DNA of 64,000 nucleotides, taken from the human T2T-CHM13v2.0 reference genome, Homo sapiens. Where the stretch lies: the NCBI RefSeq assembly GCF_009914755.1, contig NC_060934.1. One strand, 5' to 3'. The notes beneath the pieces are model-generated. The model was not told the origin of the DNA, did no database searches, and saw nothing but the letters and a program-made list of their open reading frames with translations. Shown one piece after another: positions 49,268 through 64,000 of the stretch; within the stretch, counting starts at the first letter, position 1; every line of letters starts with the position of its first letter. Made by a program: the position numbers and the translations under genes.

Positions 49268-51967
49268 TGTCTGTGGTTTGGAGAGGTAACGTTAACCAGG
49301 TCAAATTCTCAAGAGTGCTTATTTTTAAAAAATAAATCTATACTGAATAAAGAAATTTGCACTTGATATCATTTCTTATTAGCCTGGGCATTTTCATCTT
49401 TAAAAATCAGTAACAGAATTTACAACATCTTTTAACAGTAGCTTGAGAAGTCACAGTAAAGTATAACATTAAAGTAGCCTGTAATGCTGGAAAAGCTCTC
49501 CTTAAATCTTGAAATCAATAGCTTCACTTAGGATGAATTCAGCTGAAGGTTATGGAGGACAAAATTCAAGTGGCTGAACCAATACAGGAACTTTACTTAT
49601 TATCTTCTTTTTTTTTTTTTTTTTTTAGAGTCTACCAGTAAGGCCCTCACAGCGTTGGTTGATTCAGTAGCTCAAATACACCACCAGGGACTCAGTTCTT
49701 TCCACCCTTCTCTTTTGTCATTGCATTGGCTTTTGCACTCAGACTTGTCACTTCCTGGTCACAGTATGGCTACCACCTCCTGCTTAAAATATGGCTGCCA
49801 CAATATGGCTACCACAGATCCAAGCATCACATCTTCACACGTGTCCAAAGAATGGAAGAAAGTAGGCCCTTTTCTCAGATTCCTTGCAAGAATGAGAAGA
49901 AGATAATTCCTTCTGTCTCATTGGCCAGAATTCTGTTGTCTGCCTTTCCGTAGGCCAACCACTGGATAGAATAATAGACTTCCCATGACTGACTAATGTT
50001 AATTAAGATTCATTATCTAGGGCTGTGAAGACATCAGCTCCCATGAAGCACAAGGTGGCAAAGGTTTGGACAAAACTGGTTGTAAGCTACCAAGGGAGGG
50101 AGAATGGAAATGGCTGCTGGAGAGGCAAAAAAAAAATTCTATCTGATGCATCAGCAATAACAAAATATCTTAATTTGAAAAGCTATCAGGAGATGCCTTC
50201 AGTGTCAGTGTGTTTATAAATACCTGTCAACATGGTTCTGATTGCAGCTGGTACATCTTTTACCTCAATCAATGTTGCCTTGGTATCAGGCAATAATAAC
50301 AGAAGGGTTTTTTTTTTTTTTTTGGTTATTGAATGTATTTAGAAAAATTCTAATTGTTCAATCTGTAAATTATCCAAGTCCCACATTTCTGTTTCTGAGA
50401 GGTGTTGGACTATTGTCTCACTTTGTTACTGTGCTTATGTTAGAGCAGAGCTAATTAAAATCCTTTTGTAACTTTAATTGAGTGACCATAATTCTCATTG
50501 CTCTAGGGTTTGACATTTCAACACCTTCAAATGGGCCTATATATTTCCTGAGACTAACCTATAGGCTGATTTTTTAAAATTGAACTTCGTAAAAATTTAT
50601 CTAGCTTTGGAAAAGCAATATTCAATAGTTTTTTCACTCATTCATTTAGTAAATGGTCTTTCACTGCCTCCTATGTCCTGAGCACTGTTCTAGGAGCTTG
50701 ATACAGGCAGATACAAGGTTTGCTTCCAGTCCAGTGAGGGGAATTCAGACAAGCATACAGTGTAATGGTAATGAATTTGCTAAATGCTCCAGAAAGCATA
50801 AGAACACAAGGTTGTAGTGGCCTTTGGGAGGCCATGATGGATTCTGCCTTACAGAAAAGCAGGCTTCATGATGGAAATGACATTGGCAATAACTCTTGCA
50901 GGATGAGTGGGTGAAAGGACAATTTAGAAAGCAGTAAAACCGTAAAGTCAAATGTGAAGAGATAGTGAAGGCACAACATATTTTGGGGAGGGTATGGAGC
51001 TCTTGGAGTGAACAGGTACACAATGGCTGGAGAAGTGGGTACATCTTGAAGGGAACTAGAACCTTTCTTAACAGAAGAGGTATTCCTTTTCTTTCTGAAA
51101 TGTACTGTATCCCAACCATTATTTCATTCATCTATTAAATATTTCTTATGGGTCTAGTGAACAAAAAGTGCTTAGAATTTTATAAGATCAAGTCTCAAAA
51201 AAATATAAATCTTGTTTCCTACATCCTTACTCTGTCTCTCCTCTGTCTCCTTCTTTCAACCTATAAACATTTTCAAGCTTACTTTACTTAAAAATGTCTC
51301 CCTTCATCCTTCTCCTTCTCAGACCAGCACTCTACTCACTTTCTTCCCTTTGCCACTGTAGTTCCTGAAAAACTGTTGAAGACATGCTTTCATATTTTAT
51401 TAACTCCTCAACATATTGCAGTCCTTTCTACTCTCTGATAATAGTTACCACCAAAGACCATCAAATTGCTGTTTTCAGTTTTCAGTCCACTGATCTCTGA
51501 GACTTAGCATTGTTATCCATACCTTCCTCCTTGAAATTTCTTCTTTTGAGTTCTAAAACAGCACTTTCTTCTTCTCCTATATCTGATGTGATTTCTTCTC
51601 AGATGTTTGCAGTCTACTCCCTCTCAGCCCATCTCTCAAATGTTAGTGTTCACTGCTCTGTTGGCCTCATTTTTTTTCTGTTCTTTCTCTCTGGTTTCTA
51701 CCTAGATGACCTCATCTGAAATCACAGCTTCAATTAGTGTGGGCTCATCATTCCTAAATCTATTTTCAAAGACCTGACCTCACTACCAAACCAGGGACCT
51801 CTATTTCCAACTGATTCCTACAAAATTCCCCAGGACTCTGAAGATGTCTCTCATTTAACACATCTGAGGTCAAACTCCTCATCTGTCTCATACACCATTT
51901 TCTTCTTTCCTATATTCAGTCTTCATTAATAGCATAATGTGGATTAAGAAGTCTAACTGGGACACAG

Positions 51968-58173
<6,206 letters not shown>

Positions 58174-58337
58174 AAGAAGTCTAACTGTACACAGAAGGAT
58201 GACTGGTTTGATTTCTTAAAATCAGGGTCAGATCAGATAATGAAATAGATATAAAATGGCAAGGAGGTCATGCCTGCTTTGAATTTCATGTTATGTCATA
58301 TCCATACTCAAGGTGTTATACTTGTGAAGAGTTCCTA

Positions 58338-58521
58338 CAGGGCTTCTCATTTAGAATGCATTAGAATCACCTGGTGGGATTTGTACAACAGCGATTCCTG
58401 AGTCCTGCTCCTGGGATTCTAATTCCTGGGATCTGGTGTTGGGGGTGAGAATTTGTGTTTCTGGATAGATCGTAGGTGATGCTGATGCTGTTGGTCCATG
58501 GATTACACTTGGGTAGCACTG
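58338..58521. mobile_element. MER5A hAT-Charlie MITE
   Basis: GCATTAGAATCACCTGG...GGTGATGCTGATGCTG..GGTCC..CACACTT..GTAGCACTG. Confidence 0.75.
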
Positions 58522-58869
58522 CCCTAGAGAACATCAACTTTAATTTTGTTGTATTATCCAGCCTATGACTTGTTCTAATGGTTCTGTTTACCGAGGTCTT
58601 AGTTGAGAAAGGCATTAAAGTGTAACAGCTAAGATTGTGATTAGCGGAGCCATGCCTAGTTTTGAATCCTGGCTCTCCTCATTACTGTAGTTGTGTGACA
58701 CTGGGAAGTTACGTAGCCACTCCTTTATTTGGTACCATTAAGTGTAAGATCAGAATCATAATAATAATACTTGTTTCTTAGGTTAAGAGGATTGAGGTCA
58801 TTCATGTAAAGTACCTGGTGGCACAGGGGAGCCTACCTCAGAGTAAATTCTCAAAAGATGTCTGTTTCT

Positions 58870-59233
<364 letters not shown>

Positions 59234-59319
59234 TTAAGCTAATAATCTAGCTCTGGCTCTAGAGTCTTTAAATTATATCACCCACTACTCTACTACTCAC
59301 TCTAGGACATTTCCCCTCA

Positions 59320-60850
59320 TTTCTTGACAATTTTAGCATCTGGCTCATTGTCACTCTCTATAATATCGCAAGAATAGCTTCATTCTTGGAAATTCCAATG
59401 TTCTCATAGATGATCCTCCTAACATCCAGGCTTCTCTGTTCCTTGAGCTCTTCTCTGCCAGTGATCTGTCCTCCACATTCCCTCCACTCCTCGTTCTCAT
59501 GGTCATATTCTAGAATTTATTCAGTAGTCTCCACCCATCTCTAATCTCGATTTCACTTACTCTACTCTGACCAAAACTTGCTACCTTCTCAGCTCACCCC
59601 TCCTGGTGCCTCAGTTCATCCAGTCCTGTGACCCCTAAGAGCTTTCCGTTGATCCTATCATCTCCCATTCTCTCTTGTCTTTCTGATGCCATCTCTCTTC
59701 ATCTTACTTGGGTTAAGTTTCATGGGCAATTGCTATAATCACTACTGGTGCACATTCTGTCAATTCCCTGCCCAGTCCGTGCGACACCCATGCAGTTGAA
59801 CTTGGCTGTAGCAAAGCTCATAGCCACACTAACAGACTTTACTCTCATGTCTCTGAACCTTAACTGACTCAGCAATCTTTCCATCTTGCACTAGTCCATC
59901 CACTGTCCTACTCTCCTAGAACATGCTTTCTTTACTGGATGCTTTCTTTATTTCAAGACACCTCAATGTACATGTTGTTTAAATGCCCTGGTCATGTTCC
60001 TTGGGCCTTTCCCCTTTAGTCCACCTTCCATCTGCCAGTGTCTGTACTCTTTGGCTTATGGCTTTTCTCCAAATAGAAAGCTGCTCTGCCCATGTACACA
60101 GCAGGCTGACCATGGTGAGGAATGAACAGCACCCAGGCAGATCTCCACACTTCCCATCCTGGTCCAAGCCTCCCAGATTACTGCAGTGGCCATGGACTTG
60201 CCTCCTTCTTTCATCTTAGTTCCCCAGTTATCTGCAGAGGAACTCAGCGGAGTGGTTAGGAAAATGCATTTAAAACTTAGATCAGACTACATCATTTATC
60301 TGCTCAATATTCTGCGATGGTTCCCCATGCTCTTCAAAGTGATGGTCTAAGTTGTTACAATGGCTGTCATTCTTACCTGATTCTTGTTGCCTTTCTGGCC
60401 TTATTTCCTAATCCTCACCCCCTGATTCACTCTGCTCAGGCCACATTGACCTTCTTGGTGTTCTTCCAACACACCAGGCACGCTCCTACCTTACAGCATT
60501 TACACTGGCTGTTTTCTCTTCCTAGAAGCCATTCCACAGAAATCAGAGGACTCCTTCACTTTTTTTCAAGTTTTGCTCAAACACCCCCTCAATTAGACCT
60601 ACATTGACCATCCTATTTAAAATTACAATCTTCCCTGAACCCGTTAACATTCCCCTTCACCCACACCCTACTCAACTTTTCCTGCTCAACTTCTCCTTAT
60701 TGCCACAGCATGTATCTCCTTCTGCCACTCCATAAAAAGTATTTATTTCTTCTGTCTCCACCTACCAAAAGCAGGAATCTTTGTTTTGTCTGCTGATGAA
60801 TTCCTAGGGACTACACAGTGCCTGGTGCAGAGTGTATGCTTAATAAACAT
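59320..60850. mobile_element. Degraded L2 LINE
   Basis: C/T-rich L2-like blocks ending CAGTGCCTGG..CAGAGTG..TGCTTAATAAACAT. Confidence 0.55.
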
Positions 60851-61148
60851 ATTTAATAATAATAATAAAACTCCCCAGTTCAGGTTGTGAAGAGTTTTGA
60901 ACACCCTGCTACATTATAATTCAGATTTTACCCTTTAGGCCATTAGAAGTCTTTCCAAGCTTTTGAGTGAGCAAATGAGAGATCAACTGCATATCTTAGA
61001 GTCCTAACTCTGCTGCATTAGGTGAATGAATGGAGAATGGATTGTAAGGGACAGAGAATGCAGGCAAGAGCGGAAGGAGCAAAATAACATTGTTGAGCAC
61101 TTATTAAGAGTCAGACACATCAGCCAGTGCTGATGACACAACAGTGAA

Positions 61149-61503
61149 TGATATGGTTTGGCTATGTGACCCTACCCAAATCCTACCTTGAATTGTAATA
61201 ATCCCATATTGTGTGTGGGACCGGTGGGAGGTAAATCAATCATGGGGGCAGGTTTTTCCCATGCTGTTCTCATGATAGTGAATAAGTCTCACGAGATCTG
61301 ATGATTTTATAAAGTGGAGTACCCTGCACATGCTCTCTTGCCTGCCACCATGTAAGACATGACTTTGCTCCTCTTTCACCTTCTGCCATGATTGTAAGAC
61401 CTCCTCAGCTGTGTGGAATTGTGAATCCATTAAACCTCTTTCCTTTATAAATTACCCAGCCTCTGGTATGTCTTTATTAGCAGTGTGAGAACAGACTAGT
61501 TCA
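61149..61503 (+). mobile_element. THE1C/D solo LTR within an L2 relic
   Basis: TGATATGGTTTGGCT...GAACAGACTAGTTCA; TSD GTGAA/GTAAA. Confidence 0.9.
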
Positions 61504-64000
61504 GTAAACAAAACTTGCCTGGTCCTCATGAAGCTTGCGTTGAGGGTGGCTGGGTGGGTGGATGAAAAAAGGAAGAGTGGCAGTAGGTGGAAAATAAAGA
61601 ATTATACACATATGTAGGCAGAAACTCCAAGTCCCAGTATAGAAAGGTAAGTGATGCTATGAGAAGAGATAGCAGTGAAGCTAAATTTCACCTGGGGAAT
61701 AAGGAAAGGCCTCTTGAACACATGAAGTTTCAGGGAGAACTGAAGGCTGAATAGGAGTGAGCCAAGTTAAGAAGGGAAATGAGTGCATTACAGGAGACAG
61801 TGGGCAGGAAGGAGTTGTGGAGCAAGAACCCTTGGCACTTCCTAGGAACTGAAGGAGTCTGTGAGCTGGATACCAGAGAGGGTGGTGGGAGGTGAGCCTG
61901 GGGAGGTGAGTGGGTCAGATTTCACTGTACATCATGTTTATTCCAAATCTAGTGAGAGAATGGGAAGAGCCAGAACTCACTTGAGGCTTCTAGCCCCATC
62001 TATGCTTCACCATACCTGTGTCTCCATGGCCTTCCCTGGTTCTGGGCCCAGGCAGGTGCTCTGCCCCCATCTGTGGATCCCAGGAACACATCAACCAAAG
62101 CACAGAATACCCAGTGGGCTTGAGTTTATGCTTCATTTTAGTTGCCTGAGTTGAAGTGACTCCCATTAAATAGTGAAGATTGGAAGAAAAGACTTCTGTG
62201 TTCCCATTTCAGTTCATCTTTACCTTTACAAAGTGGAAAACTTCTCCGATACCTGAGACCAGGAATGCCAATAATAGCAGTTCACAGCTTCTTCCTCCAA
62301 AAAGTGCCCAAAGCGCACACTGTCCCCACAGGCCAAGGCTTTCTGCTGTAGTCCAAGCCGTACTTCAGAACCGGGAGGCTTTGGGCCCCACTTTTTTTAG
62401 GTAATGTTCTGTGAGCATTCTAAACACAGCCTAGAGTAAAAAATGTTGATTATCTTGATTGTGGATATGGTCTTATGGGTTTATGCACATATCGACATTT
62501 ATGAAATTGTATTTCATGTCACTTAAACCTCAACAATGCTGTGAAAAAAGACGTTTAAGATATATTTTTGCCACTTCTGTATTTGGTGCTTCAGTTACAT
62601 TAGCCAAGAAAATAAAATAATGAATGAAATCACGCTAAAAGTTAATCAAAATGAAAAATCAAATCTCTTGCCTTTATGAAACACAAACAATGGGAAAATG
62701 GGTCACAGAGTCACATTCTTTTTGCTGCATTTTCCTATAACTCACACTACCGGGAGTAATTAAACTGGATTAGTGACATTTCATTTAAAGGGAGAACAAG
62801 TCCCAGTATAAGCAAAATGCTAAAAATCAACTATCATATCATTCTGTTGTTCTAAGTAGTGTGGATATGCTGAATAATTGCTTGTTATTTGAGAATCCTT
62901 CTGCTTCTTAGAAGATTTAACCTGCACCTTATGAACTGGAAGTGTTTAAAGCATTTGCTTTCACTGGGGATTGGCAGGCAATGGAGAATGTAGATACTGG
63001 GAATGGAGCAGGAATTTAGTGTAGCTCCTTCCCTACTGCCTCCCACTCCTAAGCCAGAAGAAATGTTTAGTCAGTGAATTTCAACTGTTGGCAGCAAGTC
63101 TGTACGTTAAGAAAGTGATTTGAAGTAAACCTTAATTATGCCCAGGGTTGTCCTCTCTTTACTCATGTGGCCTCTCCCCTCTTCCACCATCCAGGAGAAG
63201 GAATTCTCTTGCACCTTATCCAGGGAGGAAGACAAAAAGAAGGAGTCCCTGGGAAATCTTGGTGCTCAGTATCAGACAGATCACTCTTTAATTTTCCAAA
63301 AGAGAAATTACCCTGAAGGGATGCAATGACAGGAGAGGAGGTTAGAGGCTGAAGTCCCTTGGGGAAGAAAGCTATCAGGATTTAGATAGGAAGTCAGGGT
63401 CTAATCACCAGACCTAGATCCAAAAATGACCCAATCTTAGGAGGAAATTGGCAATAATATCAGAACCAAGTTAGAAGCACATTCTAAAGATAAAATCCAG
63501 GAAGATGCAAACCCATGCACAGAGTTTACTCTAGAAGGAGCCTCACATGACACAAGTCATTTAGAAGCAGAGAACACCCCCATTGGGCAGGTACTGCTAC
63601 TATCTTGTCTTTGACTCTTAGGGAAAAATCCAGGAGATAGAGCTTTGATATTCAATAGTTGGGTAGGGGAATGTAGGTTGCGATCACGAATTATTTTATG
63701 AGCATATTTGTAGAACTCAGACTCGGCCAGGAGAGCATGGGCTAAATTTCTTTTCTTTCCCCTAATTTTCATCTTTTTAAAATTCAAAATAGAAGAGGTT
63801 TACATTAAGGGTTTTCTCTCTTAACTTGTGGTATTTAATTTTGTTTATATAGATGTAGAAAGACAGCAGTCTGAAAAGACCCAAAAGATAGTCTTAACAT
63901 TTTTGGAATACAATATATTTCTTTCTGGACTCAGAATACAATTTTAATATAACAGCCTGTAATGAGGACAGAATCCATTAGTTAAATAAATAAACCATTA

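Noticed and set aside
49233-49626. Poly-A (49233-49264) and poly-T (about 49608-49626) tracts, also poly-A at 13204-13228
   Set aside because: No retrocopy body or convincing TSD; simple mononucleotide runs

Overview
Primate (human-like), repeat-dense, apparently intergenic 64 kb with no intact canonical protein-coding gene. It holds two inactive full-length L1PA3/4-type LINE-1s in inverted orientation (21763-27910 minus, 51968-58173 plus) flanking a 24-kb segment. Also present are a 5'-truncated L1PA2-like copy, a twin-primed (5'-inverted) L1, older L1M/L1PB 3' ends, Alus, MaLR LTRs (THE1/MST/MLT1), DNA transposons (near full-length Tigger3, MER85, MER1A, MER3, MER5A, MER94-like) and MIR/L2 relics. 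Non-repeat landmarks are a pre-miRNA hairpin I recall as MIR4675 (which would place the window at human 10p12.31; from memory, not verified) and a 3'-truncated CFAP298 (C21orf59) retrocopy that reads through into a 191-aa chimeric ORF. The most notable pattern is inverted structure at several scales: a 55-bp-arm non-TE hairpin, a 310-bp inverted duplication anchored at an L1 5' junction, an internally palindromic 34-bp minisatellite, and two inverted 6-kb L1s that share unusual variants (possible gene conversion or inversion substrate) and whose antisense promoters both point into the segment containing the retro-ORF and hairpins. Repeat subfamily names come from recalled consensus sequences and need RepeatMasker/Dfam confirmation.
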